A stretch of 64,000 bases of DNA from Camelus ferus (taxonomy: Eukaryota). Both the position numbers and the translations under genes were made by a program. The notes under the pieces were generated by a model that did not search any database, had not been told where the DNA came from, and saw only the letters and a list, made by a program, of their open reading frames with translations. The stretch lies in the NCBI RefSeq assembly GCF_009834535.1, contig NC_045707.1:58778001-58842000 (forward strand), written 5' to 3'. Shown here piece after piece: positions 37,986-50,274 of this stretch (positions are counted from its first letter, which is position 1; every line of letters begins with the position of its first letter).

Positions 37986-39150
37986 AAGCTGCCAGACTGA
38001 CTCACACTCAGAGAAAATTATTTTCCACATGTACTAACAAATAAAGGTTTTACATTTATTAGGATCTAGTAAACATGAAAAAGTGTGCCTACTTGATAAG
38101 GAAAAACAGTCATTAAGTAAATCTCCTAGTGCTACCTGTAAATAATCTAAAGAAGTAAACAGGCTTATCTGCAAAGCCAGCTCAGAAGAATTATACTGAA
38201 AGCTGTTTAAAAGATGTAACATACATGTAATGATTTAAGAAACCTTCAATAGCCAAGGTCTAAGTTCCCAACTATATAATAGAGAGCTTACAAGTCAACA
38301 TTTGAACTTGACTCCTTAGGGTTCAAGTCCAGAATCACTGTGTTCAAGCTACAGTGAACTCAGAGATAAGGCTGATTCAACTACCATTACAGAAGAGGAA
38401 ACATGAATAATTCGTCCTAATCTAAGTCAACACTCCCAAATGGAACATGTTCTATTTATCAGTTAACCTTTACTACATTGAAATTTTCCTTTTAAATTGC
38501 ACATTCATGAAGAAAAGTTTTCAGTTTTCTCCCAGCTTTACCACTCTTAAAGAAGAGATATAAATACAGTTAGAACTCGATAACTGATTTTGATGATAAT
38601 GAAATACCTTTCGTCCAACTTTTTCCTATCTTACATTCAAAGCCTTACCTATTCACACTCTTTTTTAACTTCAAAGGGAATCAGAGACTTTAAACTTTGA
38701 AATATTTTATGAGACTACATAAATACTGGTTTCTAGATGACATGATCAGATGGGCTTACTCTGTTCTGAGACACGTATACAGCTAAGGCGGCCACAGATA
38801 AATATACTCCTTTCAAATGATTTTACAGCACATCTATTTTATGTGCATTCTTAGCTCTAACAATTTGGTACACTAGGAAAAAGTGCCTCTTTGTTTTGTT
38901 TTGACTTATACAGACTTCACTTAACTGCTATCTAAGAGCCCTCACTGGCAAATGACAAATGGAAAGCAGTATATAAAAGCATGTTAATTGCAGAAAGGAT
39001 TAACATCATGGGAGCACTCCCCCCCCCCACACACAACTGAATTACCCACATAGGACCAATTAATCTCATATTTTTATTTACCCAAATTGAACACACACTT
39101 CAATTTCCATTCTTATGTATGTGCCTTCTTTTATGAAGACATTCTACTTC

Positions 39151-39196
39151 TGTTGCTGTTGTTGTTGTTGTTGTTTGTTTGTTTGTTTGTTTTTAA
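39151..39196. repeat. Compound (GTT)n(GTTT)n microsatellite
   Basis: Directly visible. Confidence 0.95.
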
Positions 39197-39988
39197 TGGT
39201 ATTTAGCCTCCCTTTTTGGGAGTAACGTTATTTTTACTAAAGCAATAAATTTTAGGATGCAAAACATGAGACATGCCTATTCAGTAGCTGCATGACCCTG
39301 GCTCCTAGCAGGGGCTGGACAATTTGTTCATTGAATCAGTGAGTAACTCAGTGAGACCTAAAACTTGCCTCTCAGAACCTTATCAGCAGAGAGTCTCTGC
39401 CTAAGACTTTACATCAACCTTTGTAAGAAACGCAACCATGTCCACTAGGGGAATGAGATGTCTTTGATGTCATCACAAGAAGGCTAGTCTCCCCAATAGT
39501 TCTCCTTCTTTTCAAAGACAGAATTCAAATCATCTAGGTCCAGAACGTACTGTCTTTAGTACTTAAATTTTTAAATTCGTCTGAAGTTCAATTTTCAGTC
39601 TTTTTTTTATGTTTCCTGCTCTTAATTCACTTGAAAAGGGATCCAGCCAAATCTAAACTTAACCACTAAGGCATGATTTCTGTGGCGTATAAGCCAGAGT
39701 GTGGTCCTTTGGTTTCTCACACCTCAGTTACCAACATGTGATATGCTGGTAACAGCTGTTAGAATCTACAAACTCCAGATACTCATCACCTCTAGACATC
39801 TGAGGATCCCTGAAGCTGTTCCCTGTGCTTGTTCTATTCTCTAAAGACAGGGGTTGTATACCAACTTCATCAGAGAGAATCTCAGATTCTTTCTGTAGTA
39901 CATTTCATTGTACGTTTTCCAAAAACAGCTCCTATTCAATTATAATTGACATACTCAGCTCTTTAAAAATGTTTTACTTCAACATCTA

Positions 39989-40028
39989 GTTTGTTGTTGT
40001 TGTTGTTGTTTGTTTGTTTGTTTTTTAA
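39989..40028. repeat. Compound (GTT)n(GTTT)n microsatellite
   Basis: Directly visible. Confidence 0.95.
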
Positions 40029-40674
40029 CTCATAAGCCATTAATCCATGTTTTGGTTTCCAGATGTGAGAAACCAGTAGTTTTAACATCTCAATTCCTGC
40101 TTGTTCAGATGACTCTTAGGTCTTTCACAAGTAGAATGGATTGATACTGACTTTGGGTCAGGAAGTCAAGTTAGCGAGCACACCAAAAAGAGACATAACA
40201 CTGCTTTTTACTCATCTCAAAATAAGATCTAACAAATACTTGATAAATTATAAATTGTATTCAAGTCTATTTTCTCAATCAAGATATATTAAGTGTTCTT
40301 TCACTGGAGGAACCATCACCAGTAAGACACTTCAACTGTTTCACTTAAATATAAATTACCCTCAATTTCTTCTAATAAATGCCCTATTTCTGGAAAGAGC
40401 CAAATACACAAACCAGGCATGTGTCTTTAAATCGAAATCTGATGAGATTCTATTCTCTTTTCTCTCTCTTTCTTTTTTCCTCTTGAAGAGGGAAAACAAG
40501 TATTTATAAAGAAAACTTTCCATGTAGATTTTTTTCTGATATCTGTGGTGGAAGTTTATGACAAGTATCCGAAAGTATTAAATTATCCCCAAAATGGATA
40601 ATCTCCAAGGGGGTCCAAAACACGAAGTAGAAGATGTCTGACTCCTATCTCCACTCTTTTGAATGGAATGGATT

Positions 40675-40701
40675 AAAAAAAAAAAAAAAAAAAAAAAAAA
40701 A
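40675..40701. repeat. Poly(A)27 homopolymer
   Basis: Directly visible. Confidence 0.95.
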
Positions 40702-42018
40702 CAAAAACTACTGGAAGCAAACTAATGTTCCTTCCCATGGTCTGAATTTGACAGTAGTTTAGGTTGGAAAGAAATGATACCAAAAGAAACTGAACATTTA
40801 TATTTAAATCAAAATAAAAATTTTCATATTGCTGGATTCAAGGACTTAGAAACCACAAGAATGATCTTCCTGGGCTACTACTGATAATACATGACAAAAT
40901 TTTTATTTAGCAAGTTATATGTATTTTTTTCAACCTTTTAACCTTCCCTCTATCAGGCTCTATCACTCAGCCAACAAATTCTTTTGACAGCAGCCAGACT
41001 CACAGAAGTTGATATGCTGGAGCCAAGATTGCTGTAATATTCATCCCATAAATACATCTAACCAGATGCATTCCAATTCAGAGTATAAACTAAGATGATA
41101 GAAGAGAGATGGGTATATTATCTATGACCTAGATATTTCTTCACAAGCACTTCCTTTTAAATCAGAGAAAAGTAAGTTAAAAATGTTACTCAACTTGACT
41201 GGATAAAGGCTTCCCTCAAAATCAAATAATTTCCAAGGACACCAAGAGTGATGACTGATAACTTTTATAATTTTGAATATCCTGATGTAACAGACATTTG
41301 CCTTATTTAGAATTTTAAAAAAAAATTTTTACATGAGTAAGACTTTCTGAATTTTTGTGTATCAGGAGTCTGTAAGAATTTATTAGCCTATAATTGAAGT
41401 GATGAAATGAATAATTATTTCAATACAAAAACTAATTTAGCAGAATTCAATGGTCTGCCTCTTATCCAAATGAATAAAATGTTTGTATAATCTTTGATTT
41501 TTATTGATAAGAATTTATAGGAGTTAAATTAGCTCTGAGTAGAGTTCTCATATTGTTCCCTAAAGGCAACTGAAAAGAAAATTACACGAACATTCAGATT
41601 TTTTAAAAAAAATGGTGGCTATGAAATTGAACAAAATGCGATATCCATGTGGTGTTAGTATTTACACAAAATTTCAAAATTTCACACAGCAAACAACTGG
41701 AAGTGGCTTTTCCTTTTTCAACAAAATTGAAACCAAAATGTTTTAAACTGACAGCTTAATTATAAATCTCATTACCACAGGGATCCTTTTGAAATTGGTA
41801 AATTTTTAAGAGTAGATAATTTGGGGAGCACAAATAGCTTCGTAGGTGTTTTAAAACAAACATTATTGCCATTCAATATAATCCTATGAGACCGATAAAA
41901 AATACTGACATACCTCCTACTAACATACAGGAGCAAACAGAGGTACAGAAAGCATAAAGGCAGCAGGTATATATTCTCTTAGTTGCCACCATCAGGCTAG
42001 TGCACAAGCTACAATTAC

Positions 42019-42037
42019 CTTGTCATTACGGAAGCCA
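42019..42037 (-). other. Candidate 19-nt microexon
   Basis: Minus strand: ttcttcttatatttatttatttgtttattactgtAG|TGGCTTCCGTAATGACAAG|GTAATT. Confidence 0.25.
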
Positions 42038-42581
42038 CTACAGTAATAAACAAATAAATAAATATAAGAAGAAACCAAATCAAAGCCTAAATGTGGATAT
42101 TCAGATTATGCTTTGAAGCTATTACAGATTTCGAGGAAGAGTCAAATTTAGCCTCTCACAATGTCACAAACAAAGGCATAAACCAAAATACCATTAAGGA
42201 TAAAAAGGAAACACACTTTGCACTGAGGGGAAGTGGCTGTCCAAACACACTGGTAGACTCAGCCACGCCCAGACTGACATGATGATGTCTATCAGAGGCA
42301 TCCTTGTCAGGTCACGCCAAATTTTAGGAATTCTTATAGAACAGTGTGCTGGCTATTCCCACATGCATGGGAGAGGTGGGTACAGAAAATGGACTCTGCT
42401 TTTACAAACACTGCCTCTCCTGAAGGCTCAGTTCTCTACCTCATTGGATTAAGGGAGTCCTCTGCATGGCAGGCACACTTTTCCCCTGAGAGCACCTCTC
42501 TCTCCTATAGAGGCAACATCAAATAAATTGGCCCATCTTTACTCATAGAAAGTAGTCACCAACAAGAGACGCAGGACACTT

Positions 42582-42625
42582 GAAGCTGGTAGGAAAGCTA
42601 CAGGAAGCTGGTAGGAAAGCTACAG
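42582..42625. repeat. Perfect 22-bp tandem duplication
   Basis: gaagctggtaggaaagctacag occurs twice, at 42582-42603 and 42604-42625. Confidence 0.97.
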
Positions 42626-42859
42626 AAATCTCATTAGAATTCTAAAAATAAAATAATTAAAATAACTCCTAAGATAAAAATCAGTAAAGCTACATCATGG
42701 CCATGTACTGGCTCACTTGTTTTTAAGTAACCAATTGAAATTCTCAAGACCTGGTTAGAAGTCCTCAGTCCTATGGGCAGAAGCCAGCTCTCTGAATACT
42801 TAACTTCTTGACCACTGAGCAAGCATCTCTTCAGTCTCAAGTGTTGCAACACATTATAT

Positions 42860-43030
42860 TTTCCTCCTGACAGCCTTATGAGATAGGTATTGCTTTTATC
42901 TCCACTTAACAGATGAGATAAATGAGGGTCAAAGATGGTAAGTAATTTGCACAAGATTGCATAGGTATGAGGGCGGTGAGAGGTGGCATCTGAGCTGAGG
43001 TCTGCCTCACCCTAAAACTTATGCCTTGGT
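42860..43030 (-). mobile_element. MIR SINE
   Basis: 'cagccttatgagataggtattg...tccacttaacagatgagataaatgagggtcaaagatggtaagtaatttgcacaagattgcatag'. Confidence 0.8.
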
Positions 43031-43589
43031 TTTACTTGTTGATTGTTTTAACCTTCAGCCACAGAAGACATGAATCACATTCAGTAGATCACACTTTGGC
43101 TGTATCACTTCATTGTATTTAAGCCTTGACCACTCTCCAGCCTCCAGCTCTATAGCACAGCTAAGTTGACACCTTTAGAAAGTATTTTCATTCTGTCTTT
43201 TAGTCATTTTTAGTGTCAGACTGACATTGGCCTCAGCCCCCCTTCCCAAATCTAATGACCACTTTTAGGTTTCACAGTTTAGTACTATTTCTAAAAGTCT
43301 TTTAGCCATAGCTCTATTTTTTTGCCCTCAAGTTCTGACTCTCTTGTCTACTATGCTATTTTTTTTCTTTAACTTCTCTCCCCCCCGGTTCCTAGCGCTG
43401 AACAGCTATTCCATCTTGTTTGAAGATGTGTTCTGATATATTTCCATTGCATTTTCCTTCTACCTCTGCCTTCAGTTCTTCAGTATCAGCTTTCTTTATA
43501 GGATTTTGCTCTTTTTCACAAATAGGTCTACCCAATCTGACTCTCTCTGAATTAAAGTACCTTTAAGTCAGCATAAAACTGTACATGTA

Positions 43590-43810
43590 TAACCACTAAA
43601 TGTATCTTGATATCTGACCTTATAAAGTACTTTCTCATACATTGCACTTTGATCTTTTTAACAACATTTGCCTTGGTAATTATATTATCAGTCACACTTT
43701 ATAGATCAGAATACTGAGGCTCAGAAGACATACATGACATTTACTAAGCCACATGGCTAGCCAATTGCCAGGTTTTCTGACCATAAATTCTATGACTTTT
43801 TATTACATTG
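43590..43810 (-). mobile_element. MIR SINE
   Basis: 'actttatagatcagaatactgaggctcagaag...actaagccacatggctag'. Confidence 0.65.
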
Positions 43811-45990
43811 TTTGACTTTTCTATCAAGCTTATCTTTTGAAAAACGACCTTTTCCTAATCAGATAGGTTCTAACTGCTAATTGATAATCAAACACTACAA
43901 AGTTATTAAGTTAGAAAGTAAAATTACTAAATAAAAATTCTTACTACCTTCTCTAAAATAATTGCTTTTAATAACTTTTTGATTTATTAGTATTAATTAT
44001 TTCAGACATAGGATAAAATTTATTATTTTCTGCAACCCTATTTTAACCCCCTTTTTCTTCAGTGAACAACCTTAAATTTCACCTTAAAATTACCCTGTAA
44101 TTAGCAGATACTCACTTGAATCAATAGAACAGAAGAGAGCTGAATTAGAGATAGGTTGCAATATGGCACCAAATAGTCCCTCTGCCTTGTCCCTTTATTG
44201 GGCATTTAAGGCATTGTCACATTGAAAATACAATGTTCAGATATAAGACTATTAATTAGAACCATTATGATAAAAATAATACTAGATTATTAGACAGAAT
44301 CCAACTGATAACGTTTTGTTTCATTATTCTTCCCGAAGCGCAGGACTTAACAGCATCTTCAGACTCTGGGGTTCTGAAGAAGAATTTTGGTTTTATGTTA
44401 CATTCCTGGTTCATGCTGATAGACTTTGACCTTCAGCTTCATCAACATTATTTCCATTTTATTCTCTTCTTATACAGGAAAGTTTGGATTGAAACTTATA
44501 TTTCCAGACGATCACAAGAGAAATTAAATTCTAGCTTTCATATTCTTTGTTCTTGAAATGAATGTACGTGCTATACTGGGTTAACTCCTGTTAGACAACT
44601 ACGTGTGACTGGATGCATGATTCAGAATGTGTTAGAATCCACTAGATACTTTAACATAACTGTTGGTAACAGCATGACATGTCTTAAGAACAGTCTCAGA
44701 TTTCCCCAGACTGCCCTATTTGTTGTATCATTTCTCTCTCTCAAATTCTGGATTTTTTAAAAACTTACATTTCCTGTTGTTTTTTGTTTTTGCTCTTTAA
44801 TGAAGCCACAAACTTTTCTAAGATTATAGTTCTTCTCCATGACTTTTATTTTTTAACAACACTGCATTAAGGGTTGGATATATTAAATTATTTAATTGAC
44901 CCAAGAGTAAAATATGCTTAGAAATAAATACCATCTCTTTTGCTAAACTGCACCATCTTTTAGAAATGATTACATTCCGGGGAATGATTTATACACAAGG
45001 CAAAACAACTGATGATATATCTTACATAAATTATTCTCAATTGAATACAAGTCAAATATTTAGACTTTAGAATGGAATACAGAGGACTCTAACAGGAGTT
45101 ACTCATGAGATCAGCCAAGAAGAGAAATTGTCCAAAACTCCTTTATTGCTATTATAAGTTACATCTTTTTAAGCTATCACTTCACTCCCACCTTATGAGG
45201 GAATTTTTTAAAAATTCGCGTCAATTAGTATTACTTAATTCAAGTTCAAATGCATACTTTCGAATCCCAGTGGAAGAAAATGGTGAGAAATACTAAAACA
45301 TGTAGTACTGAGAGATCTACAGACTTTTTAGCATAAGTATACAGAAAAGCACTGGGATAAATAAACAGAAATGCAGGAAGAGCCTCCTCTTAAGGAGGGG
45401 GCATTGTACTACAGACGGTTGGAGGCTACGGATGCCTTACTCCTAATGATAATCCCAAAGTCAAATGGGACAAAGGCAAGCTTTGTAACAATGGGGACCT
45501 TAAATTCTCCTGTTAGCTACTGAAAATCTTATTGTAATAAAAGTGGAAAAGCTAATATATGTTTTCCTTGCCATGCTAACAATTTTATCTAGAGAAGGAA
45601 AACAAAGTTATTAGGATCGTTCCTCTTCCATGCTTCATTCAAAGCAACAAGGAGGAGGATGATAGCAACTAGTGAGAAACACACCCTAGACATTTGGGTA
45701 GGTCATTTCAAAAGGATCAAAAAAATGCGGGCATGATCCCATGGTCCGAATTACAGAAATGGGACATATCTCACAGCGAATGCAAGATACAGAGTAAAGA
45801 ATAAAGTCATGCCTCATAGTATAGTCTTAGAGCAAAATTTCTAGTTGAATTATTTAGAATGATAGTAAAATTAAATGTTTTAACCAATTTCTCATAAAAA
45901 TAATCTAACATAAAGCATCCCAAGAAATTCCTGGGGTTCAGTATGCAGCTAGAACCTGGTAATGATTATTGGAAGTTCCACTTAACTCAC

Positions 45991-46022
45991 CAGCAGGAAA
46001 GACAGAGGTTGACACATTAAGG
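45991..46022 (-). other. Candidate 32-nt exon
   Basis: Minus strand: branch-like cctgAc, then gtgtttcttttcttacttctcatgcAG|CCTTAATGTGTCAACCTCTGTCTTTCCTGCTG|GTGAGT. Confidence 0.3.
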
Positions 46023-47719
46023 CTGCATGAGAAGTAAGAAAAGAAACACGTCAGGAGAGGGGGTAGTGCAGGCGGATGAGGGGCTCTGGAAGCCACAGCC
46101 TGGGAACAGACAAGACTGGGGTTCTGAAGGGCTGCTGCTGGGGAAGGGTTGTAGTACTTCCCTCATTTGGAAGACGAGTCCCAGAAATACGAAAACTGGG
46201 TACCAAACAAGCAGTAAGCATCTGTATATTGCTTTAAAAAATTCCTGGTGAAACTGGAGATACATTAAAATTTTCTCTACAAATGAATAAGCATTTTTTT
46301 TAACACATCTGTGCTATAGACTCACAGGCTAAATTCTCCATTCAAATTGAGAGAGGACATTTACTAAAAATGTGTTAGAACTCACATTTTAAATGAATGC
46401 AACTTGTAATGGAACACCTCTAAGTTCACACTGGTATTAAGATACCGACAAGAAAATATGTTTCTAAATACTATCAAGAATATAAAAAGCATATGTAATA
46501 AGTAACCATCGCAGGGAGATTGTCATGTTGCTGATACTTATGTGGTTATTACATTTTTGATTTTGATACATTATCTCTATTTGAGTCCCATGAATGTTTA
46601 AGATTCATATTTATTTTTGTCACTTAGGAGTTCCCTATAAATGTATTTTTCCCTTCTGTTTCTTCCATTGCTCAGTTATGATAGCATAGTAAAATTAAAT
46701 GTTTTAAAATTTTTTATGAAATTCAATATTTTATACATGATCACAAAAAAAAAGGAGTATAAGGATGTTTTATTAAGAGTATAGATATATCTCCCAATGG
46801 AAGAAATATCTCAGATTTGATCCAGAACTTTCATTGCAAGCATTTAACCTTGAGAAGAAATCTCTTCTCTGGCCTATTTATTGAATATCATTAGTAAAGC
46901 ATACACATTAGAATCATTAGTTAAGAATGTAGAAAAGAACCCATGAGAAAACTGAAGCACTATTAGATGTTTCCAGAAACAAAGCCTTTTCTTAAAAGAA
47001 ATGCATTAAAATAAAAGTGATTCTAATGGTGTAATGCTTCCTCCTTCCCTCCTGACCCTTTGTGGTGCATGACTTCATTCTAGAAACCTTATCTCTCAGA
47101 ATTAGTTAAGCATGTAATCTGCTCATTTCTTCAGACATGCCTCAGGACTCTTTATCTGTTCAACTCCAATCTAAGGATTATAACCTTCACACAGAATTAC
47201 AGCTATTTTCTTCACATTTAAGGCATCCCTGAAATGAGGTCTTATGCTGCTATGTTTTCTATTATATAATTCCCACAATAACATGATGCTTATCCCACAT
47301 GCAATAACCATATTCTACTTTTTTAAGGAATAAAACAGGCCAATGATTACCTGGGAAACTAAACACAACCGTGTTTTGTGATCAATTGTGATAAAGATAT
47401 AAAAATCATCTATTTCTAGTAAGACTTAAAATATTCAAGGTTGAGAAGAATTTGACCCACACAATTGCATTCAAATTTGGTTTCACAGATGGGAGGAAAA
47501 TATATGAAATATTTAAAAAGTGTGTCAACAAACCAAGGTAAAGCACTATTACCAAATAAACAGCTAGATGAGACTTTTTGGAACCTAAATAGGTACCAAG
47601 AAGTATATAAAAAAACCTAAACATTTATAATCTTATTTACTCCTCCAAACACTTCTATGAAGGAAGAGAGGGTGGAATAACACTTCTGAGTAGAATTTCT
47701 GATACAGTTCTAATTTTTG

Positions 47720-49260
47720 GAAGTGATTCATGTTTCACGTACTTAAAAAAAAATAAATCGACAAGATGAGGGGGAGGAACCCAAATCTAAAAATCCAAAA
47801 CAGAAACAAGAGCAGTCACACGTCAAAGGAATTACAGAGCTACATTGGGTGTAGGGGCAGAGGGGGAGAATTCAGGTAACTTTGAAACTATCTGGACCTT
47901 GAATATTTGAACTATAAATCTTCAATCTGAAGACATAAAAGAACACCAAGCAAATATGGAATTCTACATAGGAGGTATCTTTTTACAGATTTGTTGGTTA
48001 ATAATCTTGAAACAAATTTTTATGCATTCTAGAATTGAACAAACAAATACATTGTGGATAATGAGATCGAGGCTTTGGACTGTCAGAGAAGGGAGTTACA
48101 AATGTGAGAAAGGAGGAAGATATAATTAATTCCATGATGTTGACCAGAATTGAAAGTATCAGCTTGAAGCTACAACTTTTACGACACAGATAGAAAGGAA
48201 GGAAGGAAGGAGGGAAGGAGGAAATACACACGTGTGTGCATATGTATATTCATGGCAGTGCATACACCCCTATCTCTGAGCGTGTGTCCTACGTTCTATC
48301 TGCTGAGAAGGCCTAGAAGGAATGACATCCAGCAGCAGCAAGAAGTCCACCAGGCTCTAAGATCTTGCTTTCAAAATACTTTTCTTTCACTGAAATAAAC
48401 CGAGGCATTTTGGTGAAACTGATTCCAGGCGAAAGCCAGGGAAAGTAAGAGTCTGAAGCGATTTCTTATACCAGAAATTGGGGATGTACTCACATAATAA
48501 TGGAATCATCCAAAGGAAGTAAGAGCCAGCTTGAGGAGAGTCCCCCCTACCCAAATCTTGACCAATTTGAGCATCAAAATAATTATAAGAAATATAAGCT
48601 TAACTAGTAAACACATTCCTGGTAGACAGAAAATTAACAAAGTGGTCGAAGTGCAAAGGACACATCCTCACTTTGTTATCGCTACCAAAAGTGCACAAGT
48701 CCATCGAATTATGAGAAAATAATAGACCAACCTAAATTGACAGCCAGTCTGCAAACTAACTGGTCTACATCACTTACAAAATATCTATGTCATGAAACAG
48801 TATCAAGACTGAGGAACTATTTCAGAGTACAGGAAATTAGAGAGACAGGAAAATTGAATGCAAAGCATAAGATGGTAGTTGCTTTGGATATAAAAGACAT
48901 TATTGGGACAACTGCTGAAAACTGAATAGGGTCTGTAGATTAGATAATAGTATTATGACTAGTAAATGTTAATTTCCTGATTTATGTAAGATAATGTCTT
49001 TATTTTTAGGAAATACACACTCAAGTATTGAGAAGAGGAAGGGGGAATCGTGCCTGCAACTTATTCTCAAGTGGTTCAGGGCAATAATCATACCCACACA
49101 GAGACAGAGAGAAAAAGGGAGAGAGGGAGGGGAAGAGACAGAGAAAGTAATAACCTTTGGGGATTCCAAGTGAAGTGCACACAGGAATGCTTTGCACGTT
49201 TCTTGAATAATTTTTTTCCTGTAACTCTGAAATTATGTCAAATAAAAAGTATTTTTTAAA
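47720..49260 (+). mobile_element. L1MC/L1MD-type long 3'UTR, about 1.5 kb, with internal (GGAA)n and (GA)n
   Basis: 'tagaattgaacaaacaaatacattgtggataatgaga', 'gactgaggaactatttcaga', 'gacattattgggacaactgctgaaaactgaatagggtctgtagattagataatag', 'ctgcaacttattctcaagtggttcag', ending AATAAAA. Confidence 0.85.
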
Positions 49261-49548
49261 GCCCCATGATATACTTTAACTACTACCCTGATTTAAGGGG
49301 AAGTCAACTCCACACTCAGAGTCACACACGAAGCACTGCAGCCAAGATGTGAGTGCAAGTCTAATTAATTTCTGCCTCTCAACGCCCAGCCGCTACCACT
49401 GCCGCCGCCACCACTGCGGCCGCTTATGGCTGCAGCTGGGTGCCGCCTTGCCAGGCTCCCTCTCTGGGAGAGTGTCTCACAAGTAAGTGCCAGCTGTCGT
49501 ACATACCAAGGAGGAAAACAGTGAGAACCTTTGATCTAGAACCTGAAA

Positions 49549-49750
49549 CTGCATTTTTCAGTATGTTGTCACTATGTAACTACTATCCACATCTACCTAT
49601 TTAAATTATTAAAACAAAAAAATTGGGTCCTCAGTCGCACTAGTCACCTATTAAGTGGGCAAAAGCCGAAGGTGGCTACCAGCTACCACACGGGACTGCA
49701 CAGATATAGAACATTTCCTTCATCTCAGAAAGTTCTACTGGACTGTGCTA
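49549..49750 (-). mobile_element. MER3 hAT-Charlie MITE
   Basis: 'cctcagtcgcactagtcac...cagatatagaacatttccttcatctcagaaagttctactggactgtgct' is the reverse complement of the recalled MER3 consensus, and the length (about 200 bp) fits. Confidence 0.85.
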
Positions 49751-49849
49751 GGCTGGACTCCAGACTGTTATGAAATTAAAAAGGATGCTCCTTATATCCA
49801 TCCACAGTTGCATGCAGAGAGGATTCCCACATTTTAGCGTGTGTGGGGT

Positions 49850-50050
49850 GGGTGCGCTGTGCTGGTTAGGGGTCTGAATCCTGACTGCCCAGGTTCAAAT
49901 CCAGGCTCTACAACGTACTAGCTGTGAGTCACTGGGCAAGTAATTTTGCAATTCTTTATTTAGGTTTTCCTCATCTGTAAAATGGGGATAGAGGAGTAGT
50001 CAACCTTGTGGAATTATGTGAAGATTAAAAGAGTGGAGTTAAGTACTGAA
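49850..50050 (+). mobile_element. MIR SINE
   Basis: 'gactgcccaggttcaaatccaggctct...ctagctgtgagtcactgggcaagt...ttcctcatctgtaaaatggggata'. Confidence 0.9.
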
Positions 50051-50213
50051 AATAACACGCCTTTGTAACTCAGAGGGAATGTTTTAAGTCATATCAGGGG
50101 CAGAGTTAAAAATCTGCTATGTATAAAATAAAACAGGCATTTCATATCCATCAGATCCCTACTTAGGAAGGTAATCAAGTTTGGTGTGGTCTAACTTTAT
50201 GACTTGTTTTAGA

Positions 50214-50274
50214 ATTTTATTTTATTTTATTTTATTGAGGTATAGTTGATTTACAATAGTGTTAATTTTAAGGT
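50214..50274 (-). mobile_element. Very short L1 3' terminus
   Basis: (TTTTA)n tail followed by 'attgaggtatagttgatttacaatagtgtt'. Confidence 0.7.
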
